Under the pieces are notes generated by a model that was not told the DNA's origin, ran no database searches, and was given only the letters and a program-made list of their open reading frames with translations. From assembly GCA_963784175.1 (NCBI GenBank), contig CAWAQJ010000018.1, positions 179,216-243,215 on the forward strand: DNA of 64,000 nt, written 5' to 3'. Source of the DNA: an uncultured Actinomycetes bacterium. Its GTDB lineage: Bacteria; Actinomycetota; Thermoleophilia; Gaiellales; Gaiellaceae. This document shows, piece by piece, positions 1-10,383 of the stretch (its first letter is position 1; each line of letters begins with the position of its first letter). The translations under genes were made by a program, and so were the position numbers.

Positions 1-565
1 AGGCGAGCAGTGCCGAGGCGGCCGAGACGCAGGCGAGGTCTCCGCCGAAGCAGGGGCCGACCGCGGCGGTCGCCTTCAGATAGCCCTTCTCGCGAAGGAC
101 GCGAACCGTGTCGGAGAGCGCCACGGGCAGCGCCCCACCAGGAAGCTGGACGTACGCAACGGCCAGGTCGCGGCCGAGCGCGGCGCACACAGGCGCGAGC
201 TGGCTGTGGAGCGAGCAGCAGACGACCGGGAGCCCACCGAGCGAATCGGGCGTGGTCTCGCGGGCTTCCTCCTCGGCATGGACGACCGCATGCTGGAGCG
301 GCGTATACGGGAGCTTCATCACGTGCGCGCCTGCCTCCGCGGGCAACTCGAGCCCGCGCGTGAGGTTCGCGTAGAGGACGTCGAAGCCGCCGCTTCCGAG
401 CTCGAGGTCGAGGGCCTGGACGTTCACGAGCACGTCGTCCCCGAGCGCAACCGGCCCCGTCAGCTCCGGATAGGCGATGCACGGCCGCCCGTCGACCTCG
501 AGCCTGACGAGGCCGTCGTGTCGCTCCCGGATCTCCGTGACGGTCCCGCGCCGGAGCGTGACCAT
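1..565 (-). CDS. DUF3866-like conserved hypothetical protein, N-terminal part (gene continues beyond position 1)
   Basis: Own minus-strand translation from ATG (rc of cat 563-565): MVTLRRGTVTEIRERHDGLVRLEVDGRPCIAYPELTGPVALGDDVLVNVQALDLELGSGGFDVLYANL... The frame is open to position 1, so it is absent from the ORF track. It starts 2 nt after the stop of the upstream M20 gene. Family name is from memory of the N-terminal pattern and is unverified. Confidence 0.55.
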   Translation of the reverse strand, partial: MVTLRRGTVTEIRERHDGLVRLEVDGRPCIAYPELTGPVALGDDVLVNVQALDLELGSGGFDVLYANLTRGLELPAEAGAHVMKLPYTPLQHAVVHAEEEARETTPDSLGGLPVVCCSLHSQLAPVCAALGRDLAVAYVQLPGGALPVALSDTVRVLREKGYLKATAAVGPCFGGDLACVSAASALLA

Positions 566-567
566 GC

Positions 568-1674
568 TCAGGCGCTCGCGCGCGCCGCCTCGACCAGCGC
601 GAGCGTCACCCCGACCATCGCCTCCAGGTCGGCGACGGCGATCTCCTCGTCGGCGGTGTGCACGTTCGTCATCCCGTTCGCCATGTTCACGCAGTGCAGC
701 CCGCGCTCGTTGAAGACGTTCGCGTCGGCGCCGCCTCCCACCAGAACTTCACGCGGCTCGAACCCTGCGCGCTGGAGCGCACTGCGGGCGAGAGCGAGCG
801 CGGGATCGTCCGCCTCGAGCCTGTAGCCGCGGTACTTGTCCTCAACCGTCGTTTCGACCTCGCATTCGCTGAGCGAGGCGGCGAACGCGAAGCAGTCGAG
901 CATCTCCTGGACGAGCGCGGAGAGCTTCTCCTCGTTGCGCGAGCGCGCCTCGACAGCGAGTCGGCAGCGCTCGGGGACGACGTTGAGGGCGCTCCCGCCG
1001 TCGATCAGGCCCGCGTTGGCGGTCGTCTCGTCGTCGATCCGGCCCAGGCGGAGGTCCGAGATCGCCCGCGCTGCGGCGACGATCGCCGACCTGCCGTCCT
1101 CGGGGTTGATGCCCGCGTGGGCGGGCCGCCCCGTGAAGACGACGTCGAGCGCCCGACCGGACGGCGCGCCGACGACGATGTCCCCGACGGTGCCTGAGTA
1201 GTCGTAGACGAACCCGAGCCTGGCCTCGAGCCTGGTGTCGTCGAAGGCGAAGGCGCCCTCCAGCCCGGTCTCCTCGCGCGTGGTGAACAGCAACTCGACC
1301 CCCGCGTGGCGCCGGCCTTCGGTGAGAAGCAACCTCGTGGCCTCGAGCAGCACCGCGACGGCGGCCTTGTCGTCGGCGCCGAGGATGGTGGCGCCGGCGT
1401 TCGTGACGACACCGTCCTCGACCACGGGCTCGATCGGGCCGCTCGGGGGCACCGTGTCGAGGTGCGCGCAGAGGAAGATCCGCTCGCCGCCCTCCTCGTT
1501 CGCCGGCAGCCGGGCGAGGACGTTGCCGAAGTCGTCCGTCTCCGACTCGATCCCGAGGCCGCGGAGGTACTCGCGGACGCGATCGGCGACCGCCTCCTCT
1601 TCGCCGGAGGGACTCGGGATGGCCGCGAGCTCGAGGAAGAGCGGGAGTACGTCCGAGGCCCAGGTGATCGACAC
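568..1674 (-). CDS. M20 family metallopeptidase (PepT/ArgE-like)
   Basis: Track ORF 568..2301 trimmed to GTG at 1674 (rc of cac 1672-1674). From there: VSITWASDVLPLFLELAAIPSPSGEEEAVADRVREYL..., with CAHLDTVP and TREETGLEG motifs typical of M20 peptidases. The upstream part of the track ORF is Arg/Pro-rich shadow. Confidence 0.8.
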   Translation of the reverse strand: MSITWASDVLPLFLELAAIPSPSGEEEAVADRVREYLRGLGIESETDDFGNVLARLPANEEGGERIFLCAHLDTVPPSGPIEPVVEDGVVTNAGATILGADDKAAVAVLLEATRLLLTEGRRHAGVELLFTTREETGLEGAFAFDDTRLEARLGFVYDYSGTVGDIVVGAPSGRALDVVFTGRPAHAGINPEDGRSAIVAAARAISDLRLGRIDDETTANAGLIDGGSALNVVPERCRLAVEARSRNEEKLSALVQEMLDCFAFAASLSECEVETTVEDKYRGYRLEADDPALALARSALQRAGFEPREVLVGGGADANVFNERGLHCVNMANGMTNVHTADEEIAVADLEAMVGVTLALVEAARASA

Positions 1675-1763
1675 GCGGGCGATTGTAGGCGCGAGGCCCG
1701 CGGCAGGCGCCGGACGCCCCGCCGGGCAGGGGCGGGGCGTCCAGGGAACGCCTATGGGCGACG

Positions 1764-2474
1764 CTAGCTCTGCGAGCAGTCGTACGGGCCCTCGCCGGGA
1801 GGCGTCGGGGCCGTCCCCTCGAGCGCCCAGGCGAAGACGAACGCGAGCGCGTCGACGTCGCAGTCCGAGAGCACGGGGTCGCCGAGGTCCGGCCACCCGT
1901 AGCCCATCAGGTCGGTGCTCTCGAGCAGGTTCGTCGCGTGACCGAGGCCGAGCGCGTGCCCGACCTCGTGGAGCGTGACCCAGCCGAGGTACTCGGGGTC
2001 GTACGGATCTTCGCCGAGGCTCGGCGGCAGGTCCGATCGCACCAGGATGTTCGGACACTTGTGATCGCCGCAGATCGCGTAGCCGCCGAACACCACGCCT
2101 CCGGCGGTCGGGACGTAGTGGACGATGATGTCTGCGGCCTGGCGCTTGGCGCCGGTCACGTTGCGCAACGTGATCAACCCGTCGAAGCACTCCTGGAGAG
2201 TGCTCGACCACGTCGCGATCGCCCCGTTGATCGCCGCCAGCTGCTCGGCGGTCGCGCTCGGGTGCGCCTGGACGGCGATGGTGAGGCTCGTGTGATCCCA
2301 CCAGTAGCCGGGATAGAAGTTGTTCAGGATCACGAGCCCTTCGGCGTTGGACTCGGGCAGATTGCAGGTGGGCAAGCGGCTGCTCCCGGGCTCCTTCTTC
2401 CCCGCGGTGGCAACGGCGGGCACGAGGAGCGCGAGGCAGGTCGCAAGCACGAGGAAACCTCTCAAGACGCGCAT
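1764..2474 (-). CDS. secreted metzincin-type zinc metalloprotease
   Basis: ATG at 2474. Signal peptide MRVLRGFLVLATCLALLVPAVATAG. HEVGHALGLGH matches the HExxHxxGxxH metzincin zinc motif. 236 aa. Confidence 0.8.
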   Translation of the reverse strand: MRVLRGFLVLATCLALLVPAVATAGKKEPGSSRLPTCNLPESNAEGLVILNNFYPGYWWDHTSLTIAVQAHPSATAEQLAAINGAIATWSSTLQECFDGLITLRNVTGAKRQAADIIVHYVPTAGGVVFGGYAICGDHKCPNILVRSDLPPSLGEDPYDPEYLGWVTLHEVGHALGLGHATNLLESTDLMGYGWPDLGDPVLSDCDVDALAFVFAWALEGTAPTPPGEGPYDCSQS

Positions 2475-2559
2475 GGCGACCCCCTTTGCGAAGCGGTACG
2501 AAAACGCCGCATCTGCCCTCACAGACGCCCGTGGGCGAGAAACCGTGCGCGGCGGCGGG

Positions 2560-4206
2560 CTAGTGGCCGGCGGCTGCGGTGACCCTGCCCCGCTCGCGGG
2601 CGCGCTGGAGGGCGGCGCCGACGAAGTCGCGAAACAGCGGCGCCGGGCGGGTCGGGCGGGACTTGAACTCCGGGTGGAACTGGCTCGCCACGAACCAGGG
2701 ATGGTCGGGGAGCTCGACGATCTCCACGAGGCGGCCGGACTGGAACGTGCCCGAGACGACGAGGCCCGCCTCGACGAGGCCCGGGCGGAAGTGGTTGTTG
2801 ACCTCGTAACGGTGCCGGTGGCGCTCGTGGATGACGGCCTCGCCGTACGCGGCATGCGCGCCCGTGCCCTCTTCGAGGTCGACCGCGTCGGCGCCGAGCC
2901 GCATCGTGCCGCCGAGATCCTCGATCTCCTTCTGCTCGGGCAGGAGGTCGATCACCGGGTAGGGCGTTTCCGGGTCCATCTCGGTCGAGTTGGCTCCGTC
3001 GAGGCCGACCACGTGCCGCGCGAACTCGGAGACGGCCACCTGCATGCCGAGGCAGATGCCGAGATACGGGATACCGTTCTCGCGCGCGACGCGGCAGGCG
3101 GTGATCTTGCCCTCCCAGCCGCGCGACCCGAAGCCGCCGGGGACGAGCACGCCGTCGACGTCCTCGAGCTCGGCGGTTGCCTCCTCGAGGCTCATGCCCT
3201 CGGCGTCGAACCAGCGCACCTTCACGTCGACGCGGTGGTGGATGCCGGCGTGCTTGAGCGCCTCGTGGACGGAGAGGTACGCGTCGTGGAGCTTCACGTA
3301 CTTGCCCACGAGGGCGATCTGCACCTCGCCGCTGCGCTCGCCGATCCTCACAGCGAGATCGTCCCACTCGCCCAGATCCGCCTCGACATCGGGTAGGCCG
3401 AGCTTCTGCACGACGAGCGTGTCGAGGCCCTCGTCGCGGAGCGCCTGGGGCACGAGGTAGACGTCGCTGACGTCCTCGTTGGCGATCACGGCCTTGGGGT
3501 CGACGTCGGCGAAGAGCGCGATCTTCTCGCGAATGTCGCGCGAGAGCGTGTCGGCCGAGCGGCAGATGACGACGTCCGGATGGATACCGATGCGCCGGAG
3601 CTCGTTGACCGAGTGCTGGGTCGGCTTGGTCTTGAGCTCGCCCGCCGTCTCGATGAAGGGGACGAAGGTGACATGGAGGTAGACGACGTTCTCTTGCCCG
3701 ACCTCGCGACGGAACTGGCGGATCGCCTCGAGGAACGGCAGCGACTCGATGTCGCCCACCGTCCCGCCGATCTCCGAGATGACGACGTCGGTGTCGCTCA
3801 CCTCGGCCACGCGACGGATGCGGGCCTTGATCTCGTTCGTGACGTGCGGGATGACCTGCACGGTCGAGCCGAGGTACTCGCCCTTGCGCTCCTTGCGGAT
3901 GACCGAGTACCAGATCGAGCCCGAGGTGTGGTTGGCGTTCCGCGAGAGGTTCTCGTCGACGAAGCGCTCGTAGTGGCCGATGTCGAGATCGGTCTCGGCG
4001 CCGTCCTCGGTGACGAAGACCTCGCCGTGCTGGAAGGGGCTCATCGTGCCGGGATCGACGTTCAGGTACGGGTCGAACTTCTGCACCTGCACGCGAAGCC
4101 CGCGCGCCTTCAGGAGCCGGCCGAGCGAGGCCGCCGAAATGCCCTTGCCGAGCGACGAGACGACGCCGCCGGTCACGAACACGTACTTCGTCGGGCGGTC
4201 TCTCAC
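2560..4206 (-). CDS. pyrG: CTP synthase
   Basis: GTG at 4206 overlaps the upstream stop (GTGA). N-terminus [23 protein letters not shown]. Glutamine amidotransferase GICLGMQ. 548 aa, colinear with PyrG throughout. Confidence 0.95.
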   Translation of the reverse strand: MRDRPTKYVFVTGGVVSSLGKGISAASLGRLLKARGLRVQVQKFDPYLNVDPGTMSPFQHGEVFVTEDGAETDLDIGHYERFVDENLSRNANHTSGSIWYSVIRKERKGEYLGSTVQVIPHVTNEIKARIRRVAEVSDTDVVISEIGGTVGDIESLPFLEAIRQFRREVGQENVVYLHVTFVPFIETAGELKTKPTQHSVNELRRIGIHPDVVICRSADTLSRDIREKIALFADVDPKAVIANEDVSDVYLVPQALRDEGLDTLVVQKLGLPDVEADLGEWDDLAVRIGERSGEVQIALVGKYVKLHDAYLSVHEALKHAGIHHRVDVKVRWFDAEGMSLEEATAELEDVDGVLVPGGFGSRGWEGKITACRVARENGIPYLGICLGMQVAVSEFARHVVGLDGANSTEMDPETPYPVIDLLPEQKEIEDLGGTMRLGADAVDLEEGTGAHAAYGEAVIHERHRHRYEVNNHFRPGLVEAGLVVSGTFQSGRLVEIVELPDHPWFVASQFHPEFKSRPTRPAPLFRDFVGAALQRARERGRVTAAAGH

Positions 4207-5423
4207 GGCTTCCTCCCGAGGGCGTCGAGCTCGCGCAGCCCGGGAGTCCGCTCGATGAGTCGGCCGAGGGACGTGCGCTCTCCGAGGAGGTTGAGGCCTG
4301 CGAGCGTTGCGATCGCGGCCAATCGTGAAAAACCGTGGAAGCGGTCCACGGACTTCAAGCCTACCACGGCCCCGAGCGTATTCGATCCGGCGTCCCCCAG
4401 CATCGTCCTCTCCGCGAGATCGTAGGGAAGCAGCAGGACGGCCAGCCCGACCGGGGCGCCGAGCGGGCCGGCAGCGAGGAGGTAGGCCTTCAGGCACCGG
4501 CCCGGCTTCGTGTCGAGCTGGTTGAAGAAGTTGGCAGAGAGCGCGAAGAGCAGCGCGCCGCTCAGCGACCGCGTCCGGAGGAGGCCCACGAGCGGGATCC
4601 CGACGGCCTTGAGGACGCCGGTCGTCCGCCGCGCGCGCAGGTGCTCCCGGAAGCCACGCTGGTGGCCGCCGTAGAGGTCGTCCAGGAACCCGAGGAGCGT
4701 GACGAGCGTGATGCCGGGGTCGCCCTGGTTGGCGGTCGTCCACCCGATCAGCGGCAGCCGGTAGCCGCGGAAGTTGACCGCGAGCGGGCCCGCCGCGAGC
4801 ACGGCGTCGACGAGCTGGCGGCCGCGATGGACGAAGCCCGCCCGGTCGCGGCCCGTCTCACGGTGGTCGAGGTCGAGCTCGATCTCCTCGAACGCGAGGC
4901 CGGCGCGAACCGCGTCGATCGTCATGCGCACCTCGCAGCCGAAGCCGGGCGCGAGCGGGAAGCAGGCCGCGCGGGCGCGCGCGCTGACGAGCCGCTGGCC
5001 CGAGAGCGGCTCCCGCGGCGCGACGCCGGTGCGCAGGCGAACGAGCTCGCGGCCCACGCGCTTGGCGACCCCGAAGCCGCCGCCGATCCTGCGCCGGAAG
5101 GCCGCCACCGCAAGATCGGCCTCGCTCTCTAAGAGCGGCCGGAGCGTGCCGCGCAGGTCGGCATCGCAAAGGAGGAGCCGGCCCGGCGGCGCGGCACGCT
5201 CCCCCGCGGAGAGAGCTTCGCCCTTGCCGAGTCGCTCGACCCTGATCACGACGGCGCCCGCGGATTCGGCCCGGCGCGCCGTTCCGTCCTCCGAGCGCCC
5301 GTCGACCACGAGGATCTCGGCGTCGGGAAAGTCCTTCCGCAGGGCTGCCACGGTCTCCCCGATCCTTTCCTCCTCGTTGCGCGCCGCGACGAGGACGGTC
5401 AGGGCGTCGAAATCCCTACTCAC
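4203..5423 (-). CDS. glycosyltransferase family 2 domain fused to a multi-pass membrane domain with MraY/WecA-like motifs
   Basis: N-terminal GT-A pattern ([22 protein letters not shown]). The C-terminal TM region carries [11 protein letters not shown] and [11 protein letters not shown], reminiscent of polyprenyl-phosphate sugar-phosphate transferases. GTG at 5423. 4-nt overlap with pyrG and 8-nt overlap with the upstream gene. Confidence 0.7.
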   Translation of the reverse strand: MSRDFDALTVLVAARNEEERIGETVAALRKDFPDAEILVVDGRSEDGTARRAESAGAVVIRVERLGKGEALSAGERAAPPGRLLLCDADLRGTLRPLLESEADLAVAAFRRRIGGGFGVAKRVGRELVRLRTGVAPREPLSGQRLVSARARAACFPLAPGFGCEVRMTIDAVRAGLAFEEIELDLDHRETGRDRAGFVHRGRQLVDAVLAAGPLAVNFRGYRLPLIGWTTANQGDPGITLVTLLGFLDDLYGGHQRGFREHLRARRTTGVLKAVGIPLVGLLRTRSLSGALLFALSANFFNQLDTKPGRCLKAYLLAAGPLGAPVGLAVLLLPYDLAERTMLGDAGSNTLGAVVGLKSVDRFHGFSRLAAIATLAGLNLLGERTSLGRLIERTPGLRELDALGRKP

Positions 5424-6348
5424 CCTCGTCCGTGACCGGTTCGAACGGCGGGACGATCCCGTCTGCCTCGTCGCTGACCCCGTAGTGGCCCGGCTCGGCG
5501 CCGTCGAGCAGGAGCGCGAGCGCGAGCCGCCCGGCCGCCTCGTCCACGTCGTCGACGCTCGAGATGCCCTGGTCGCGGTAGAAGGCGATCATCGCCGGGT
5601 CGTCCTCGCTCGCCGCGGTGCCGACCACGGGGATCCCGGCGTCGTCCAGGCCGCGCACGAGGCCTTCCATCAGCGAGGTCGTCGCCTCGGCCTCGGCCGC
5701 CGCCTCGTCGTCGCCGTTCGCATCGTCGGGAGGCATCCAGGTGAGAACGACGACGGCCGAATCCACGGCCGGGGCCTCCGGTCCCTCCCGCTCCTCGACC
5801 AGCTGCGAGGAGAGCGCGTCCCAGAGCGGCGTCTCCCCGCTCTCGGCGAGCTCGCGCCCCAGCTCGCGCCCCAGCTCCGAGTAGTCGCCGTCGTCGCCCG
5901 CGTAGCCGGCCAGGACCTCGTCCCCCTCGAGCGTGGAGTCGAGGTCCGTGCCGTCCACGGGGACGTTGAGCGCGACCACCCGGGCCGGAGAGCCGGCGTC
6001 CGCGTCGGCGAGCGTGCGCTCGATGTCCGCACGCGCGCTTCCGTCGGAAGGGCCGAGGAAGATCATCGCGACGTTCTCCCCTTCGAGCCGGCCGGACATG
6101 AGCGCGGGATATGCCCGAGCAAGGAGCTCCTCGGAGCCCTCGCCGCGCAGGTTCGCCGCGTCCTCTGCCGCGCGCGCCGCTTCGAGATCCTGCTGGAGAC
6201 GCTGGTTGTCGTTGCGGAGGTTCTCCTCCTCGAGGCCTTCGCTCGCGTCCGTGACCCGGCCGGAGACCGCCACGCCGAGCAGGATGCCCACTGCGAGCGC
6301 GACGAACACCGCGGCCAGCGAAGCCACGTGGTAGCGGAGGCCGAACAT
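5416..6348 (-). CDS. MctB/copper-transporter family protein (Rv1698-like; SteB position)
   Basis: ATG at 6348. N-terminal anchor MFGLRYHVASLAAVFVALAVGILLGV is typical of the family. It sits between steA and pyrG, as I recall for mycobacteria and corynebacteria. Confidence 0.7.
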   Translation of the reverse strand: MFGLRYHVASLAAVFVALAVGILLGVAVSGRVTDASEGLEEENLRNDNQRLQQDLEAARAAEDAANLRGEGSEELLARAYPALMSGRLEGENVAMIFLGPSDGSARADIERTLADADAGSPARVVALNVPVDGTDLDSTLEGDEVLAGYAGDDGDYSELGRELGRELAESGETPLWDALSSQLVEEREGPEAPAVDSAVVVLTWMPPDDANGDDEAAAEAEATTSLMEGLVRGLDDAGIPVVGTAASEDDPAMIAFYRDQGISSVDDVDEAAGRLALALLLDGAEPGHYGVSDEADGIVPPFEPVTDEGE

Positions 6349-6368
6349 GGGGCCAGCCTAGTTGAGGA

Positions 6369-6812
6369 TCAGAGCGAGGCGGCGGTCTGGCAGAGGTCCT
6401 GCAGCCGGATGAGCGCCCGTTCCGGGAGGCTCGGCCCGAAGCCTCTCGCGCCTTCGAACACCAGGCGGAGATCCGACCCCGAAACGGAGATCGTGGCGCG
6501 CGTCCGGCCCGTGCCGGCGTTGTCGAGGCTGACGGCGACGTCGAGGCCCTGCTTGACGTCGTGCCAGGCCAGCTCCCATTCCTCGACGACCTTGGTGATG
6601 ACGATCAGGCCCTCGCCCTCCGGGCGCCGCAGCCAGCCCGGCGACTTGGCGCGGACGACCTGCCAGCGCGCGTTCTCGGCAAGGCCACGCCTGTCGGGCT
6701 TCACGCCCGTGTATGCGGGCCACCAGTCGGGCAGGTGGTACGGCTCGGCGACGAGCGCCCAGGCGTCGCGGCGGTCGGACTGGAGCTCGCCGGTCGCCTC
6801 GACGCGGCTCAT
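6369..6812 (-). CDS. SRPBCC (START/polyketide-cyclase-like) superfamily protein
   Basis: Track ORF 6369..8438 trimmed to ATG at 6812, which overlaps the steA stop (ATGA). 147 aa: MSRVEATGELQSDRRDAWALVAEPYHLPDWWPAY... The fold assignment is by eye and weak. Confidence 0.5.
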   Translation of the reverse strand: MSRVEATGELQSDRRDAWALVAEPYHLPDWWPAYTGVKPDRRGLAENARWQVVRAKSPGWLRRPEGEGLIVITKVVEEWELAWHDVKQGLDVAVSLDNAGTGRTRATISVSGSDLRLVFEGARGFGPSLPERALIRLQDLCQTAASL

Positions 6813-7945
6813 TCGAGGCCGACGAGCGACCGCAGCCGCTCGACGACCTGCGAGATGAGGTCGCGGAGCTCGGGCGAGGCGATCAGGACGGCCGCGACCG
6901 CTGCAACCGACGCGAGCGTGAAGGTCAGCACCATCCCGAGGCCCACCCGCGGCCGGAAGAGCCTCGAGACGCCCCGCGCATCGACGAGCTTCTCCCCCAC
7001 CTTCAGGCGGGTCAGGAACGTCGAGGACATGCCCGCGCGGTTCCGCTCGAGGAACTCGATCAGGTTGAAGCGCGTCCCGACCGCGACGATCAGCTCGGCG
7101 CCCTTGTCGTAGGCAAGGAGCATGGCCGCGTCCTCGGAGATCCCCGTCGTCGGGATGACGGTCGAGGGCAGCCCCAGCTGGTCGAGCCGCTCGCGCCCTG
7201 GCGCGCGGCCGTCCGGATAGGCGTGGACGACGAGCTCGGAGCCGAGCTGGAGCGTCTTGTCGGAGACGGAGTCCATGTCGCCGACGATCACGTCCGGCTT
7301 GTAGCCCGCCGCGACGAGGGTGTCGGCGCCGCCGTCGACGCCGATGAGCACCGGCTTGAAGTCGGCGATGTAGGGCCCGACGATCTGCAGATCGCGGCGC
7401 GTCTCCGCGCTCCGCGCGACCACGAGCGCGTGCCGGTCGCGGAAGCGCGTCCGCATCTGCGGCATCAGCACGTCCTCCGAGAGAAGCGCCGCCTCCTCGC
7501 GGAGGTGGCGAAGGGTGTTCTCGGCGAACGCCTCGAGCGCCTCGCTCACGCGGCTGCGCTGCTCGTCGAGGTCGCGCGAGAGCTCGTCCGCAGCCCGGGC
7601 GCGGCCGGCGGCGAGGCGCGAGCCGTTGCGAAAGACGCTCGAGCCGCGGACGACGAGCGGCTCGCCCTCCTTGACCTCGTCGAACAGCTCCGCGCCAGGG
7701 GCGTCGATCAGGCACACGCCGCCGAGGACGAGCGCGAGCGGGCCGGCGTTCGGGTAGTCGCCCGTCGAGGACGAGGAGACGTTGACGACGATCCGGACGC
7801 CGCTCTCGAGCAGCTCCTCGGCCGAGATGCGGTCGAGGTTCGGATGGTCGATGATCGCGATGTCCGAGGGCCCAAGGCGCTTCACCAGGCGCTTGGTGCG
7901 TCTGTCCAGCTTGGCAGTGCCGGTGAACTCGACGAACGTCGCCAT
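6809..7945 (-). CDS. steA: SteA-like putative cytokinetic ring protein (thiamine pyrophosphokinase-like domain plus C-terminal TM)
   Basis: 378 aa. Motifs: KRLVKRLGPSDIAIIDHPNLDRISAEEL, GVDGGADTLVAAGYKPDVIVGDMDSV, and a C-terminal membrane helix. It lies immediately downstream of recN, as does Rv1697. Confidence 0.8.
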   Translation of the reverse strand: MATFVEFTGTAKLDRRTKRLVKRLGPSDIAIIDHPNLDRISAEELLESGVRIVVNVSSSSTGDYPNAGPLALVLGGVCLIDAPGAELFDEVKEGEPLVVRGSSVFRNGSRLAAGRARAADELSRDLDEQRSRVSEALEAFAENTLRHLREEAALLSEDVLMPQMRTRFRDRHALVVARSAETRRDLQIVGPYIADFKPVLIGVDGGADTLVAAGYKPDVIVGDMDSVSDKTLQLGSELVVHAYPDGRAPGRERLDQLGLPSTVIPTTGISEDAAMLLAYDKGAELIVAVGTRFNLIEFLERNRAGMSSTFLTRLKVGEKLVDARGVSRLFRPRVGLGMVLTFTLASVAAVAAVLIASPELRDLISQVVERLRSLVGLE

Positions 7946-9591
7946 CAGCGCCGGAAGGTGGAGAGGAACTCGGCCCCGCCCAGCATACGTTCCAGCTCCT
8001 CGCCCCGCTCCTCGTCGGAGAGGCGCTCGATACGGGTATGCGTCGGGTCGCCGGGCACCTTCTCCACGCGGAGATGTCCCTCGGCGGCGCTCGCGATCTG
8101 CGGGAGGTGCGTGATGGTGAGGATCTGCGCGCGCTCCGCGAGGCGCTTGAGCGCGTCGGCGACCGCGTGGGCCGTCTGACCGCCGATCCCCGCGTCGATC
8201 TCGTCGAAGACGATCGTCGGCTCGCCGGCCGAGGCGTGCGCGACCGCGCGGAGCGCCAGCGCGATGCGGGACAGCTCTCCACCGGAGGCGGTCTCGGCCG
8301 CCGGTGCAAACGGGAGACCCGGATTCGGGCGCACGAGGAAGGCGACGCCGTCGCCGCCGGCCGGGCCGAGCTCGCGGTCCGTGAGCTCCACCCGGAACTC
8401 CCCATCCCCCATGCCGAGCCCCTGAAGCTCTCCGACAACCGCCTCGGCGAACGTGTCCGCGGACTCGGCGCGAGCAGCCGAGAGGTCCGCTCCGAGCTTT
8501 CCGGCGCGCGCCTCCGCCTGGGCGACCGCGCGCTCCGCCTCTTCCAGCGGGTCGACGCCCGCCTCGACCTGCGCCAGCTCGGCCTGCGCCTCCGCGGCGC
8601 GGGCGAGCAGCTCCTCCGTCGTCGCGGCCCCGAAGCGGCGGCGCGCTTCCGCGACCCGCTCGAGCTCGTCCTCGACCGCCTCCAGCCGCCCGGGCTCGGC
8701 CTCGAGCGAGGCCAGGAAGGCGCGCAGGGTCGAGGCGCCCTCGCGGACGCGGATCTCGGCCTCGCCCAGATCTGCGGCGACCTCGCCGAGCTCGGGCGCG
8801 AGCTGTGAGACCGACTCGAGCGTCCGCACGGCCTCGGCCACCCGCTCCACGGCCCCGGCCGTGTCGGCCTGCTCGGGGTCGAGCGCCTCCGCCCCGGACG
8901 CGGCGGCCTCCGCGAGCTCGGTCACGTGACGCAGCCGCTGCCGCTCCCCGAGAAGCCGCTCCTCGTCGCCCGCCTCCATGCCCTCGGTGCGGGCGACGAG
9001 CTCACCGAGCTCCTCGAGGCGCTGCGCGCGCCCGGCGGCCGCTCCGGCCAGCTCCTCGCGGCGGCCACGGGCCGCGACCAGCTCACGCCATGCGCGCCGG
9101 AGATCGGCGCGGCGGCGCAGCTGCTCCTCGCCGACGAAGGCGTCCAGCACGTCGAGCTGGTGCGCGGGGCGGGCGAGGCGGCGCTGCTCGAACTGGCCGG
9201 ACATGGCGAGCAGGCGCTCGACGAGCGCGGCCAGGTCCTCGCGCGGCACGGCGCGGCCCCATACGTAGGCGCGTGTGCGCCCGTCGGCAAAGACGCGCCG
9301 GGCGGCGACGAGCCCCTCCTCGCCGGCCGGCCGCAGCTCGGCGACGGCCGCGTGCTCCGGGTCGTCCAGGATGCCGTCGGGCAGGTCGAGCTCGGCCTCC
9401 ACGTAGGCCTCCTCGGCTCCAGGACCGAGATAGCCGGCGTCGCCGGGAGCGCCCAGCAGAAGCCCGACCGCCTGCGCGAAGATCGTCTTCCCCGCCCCGG
9501 TCTCGCCCGTGATCGCGTTCAGGCCGGGCGCGAAGACGAGGTCGGCTTCGCGGATGAGGACGAAGCTCTCGATGCGCAGGCGACGAAGCAC
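7945..9591 (-). CDS. recN: DNA repair protein RecN
   Basis: GTG start at 9591. Walker A GETGAGKT. Long coiled-coil. C-terminal SGGELSRIALAL signature and FDEIDAGIGG. 548 aa. Confidence 0.95.
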   Translation of the reverse strand: MLRRLRIESFVLIREADLVFAPGLNAITGETGAGKTIFAQAVGLLLGAPGDAGYLGPGAEEAYVEAELDLPDGILDDPEHAAVAELRPAGEEGLVAARRVFADGRTRAYVWGRAVPREDLAALVERLLAMSGQFEQRRLARPAHQLDVLDAFVGEEQLRRRADLRRAWRELVAARGRREELAGAAAGRAQRLEELGELVARTEGMEAGDEERLLGERQRLRHVTELAEAAASGAEALDPEQADTAGAVERVAEAVRTLESVSQLAPELGEVAADLGEAEIRVREGASTLRAFLASLEAEPGRLEAVEDELERVAEARRRFGAATTEELLARAAEAQAELAQVEAGVDPLEEAERAVAQAEARAGKLGADLSAARAESADTFAEAVVGELQGLGMGDGEFRVELTDRELGPAGGDGVAFLVRPNPGLPFAPAAETASGGELSRIALALRAVAHASAGEPTIVFDEIDAGIGGQTAHAVADALKRLAERAQILTITHLPQIASAAEGHLRVEKVPGDPTHTRIERLSDEERGEELERMLGGAEFLSTFRR

Positions 9592-10383
9592 CTAGGGGAA
9601 GACCTCGTGGTAGCGGGTGAAGAACGTCACCTCGGGGAGCACGGCGAGCCGGCTGTGGTCCGAGCCGACCGCCACCTGGATGTCGTCGTCGCGCTCGAGC
9701 TCGGCGACCGGGTGCCCGTCGAGGAGGACGGTGACGGGAAGCTCCTTCGACCGGTTCGTGACGCGAACGTCGAGGCCGCGGGGAACGACGAGGGCCCGCG
9801 CGCGGAGCGAGTGCGGCGCGACGAACGTCATCGCCATCGCCTCCAGGCCCCACATCATCACCGGCCCGCCGTTCGAGAGGTTGTAGGCGGTCGAGCCCGA
9901 GGGCGTGCAGCAGATCATCCCGTCGCACGGCTGGTCGTCGAGGCGCTCCCCGCCGACCTCCCAGCCGAGCGCGACCATGCGGCCGGGGCGCGAGCTCGTG
10001 ATGACGACGTCGTTGACCGCCGCGTGCGTGTCGCCGTTGAGGCGCGCCTCGAGCGAGCAGAGGTCGACGACGCGGAAGTCGCCCGAGAACGCCCGCGCGA
10101 GCGCGTCGTCGAGCTGGCTGCCGTCCGCGGTGGTCAGAAACCCGACACGGCCGAAGTTGATGCCGAAGACGGCCGTGCCCGTTCCGAGCTTCACGCTGAG
10201 CGCGCGCAGCATCGTGCCGTCGCCGCCCAGGACGACGAGCAGGTCGAGCCCGTCCTCCTCCGCGTCCGCGACCTCGATGCCGGCGGCCGCGGCGGCCTCC
10301 TCGACACGCCGCGCCGCGTCGGCGATGACGTCCGGCCGGCCGCGCGTGGCCATGATCCCGACCCGGCGAATCGCCTCCGTCAC
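9592..10383 (-). CDS. nadK: NAD kinase
   Basis: Track ORF trimmed to GTG at 10383, which overlaps the tlyA stop (GTGA). An alternative ATG lies at 10353. Motifs: LLVVLGGDGTML, GINFGRVGFL, TPSGSTAY. Confidence 0.9.
   Translation of the reverse strand: MTEAIRRVGIMATRGRPDVIADAARRVEEAAAAAGIEVADAEEDGLDLLVVLGGDGTMLRALSVKLGTGTAVFGINFGRVGFLTTADGSQLDDALARAFSGDFRVVDLCSLEARLNGDTHAAVNDVVITSSRPGRMVALGWEVGGERLDDQPCDGMICCTPSGSTAYNLSNGGPVMMWGLEAMAMTFVAPHSLRARALVVPRGLDVRVTNRSKELPVTVLLDGHPVAELERDDDIQVAVGSDHSRLAVLPEVTFFTRYHEVFP

Noticed and set aside
206-826. 206-aa plus-strand ORF spanning the DUF3866-like/M20 junction.
   Set aside because: It crosses two minus-strand genes that have protein-like sequence. 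Its own product is compositionally biased with no motif.
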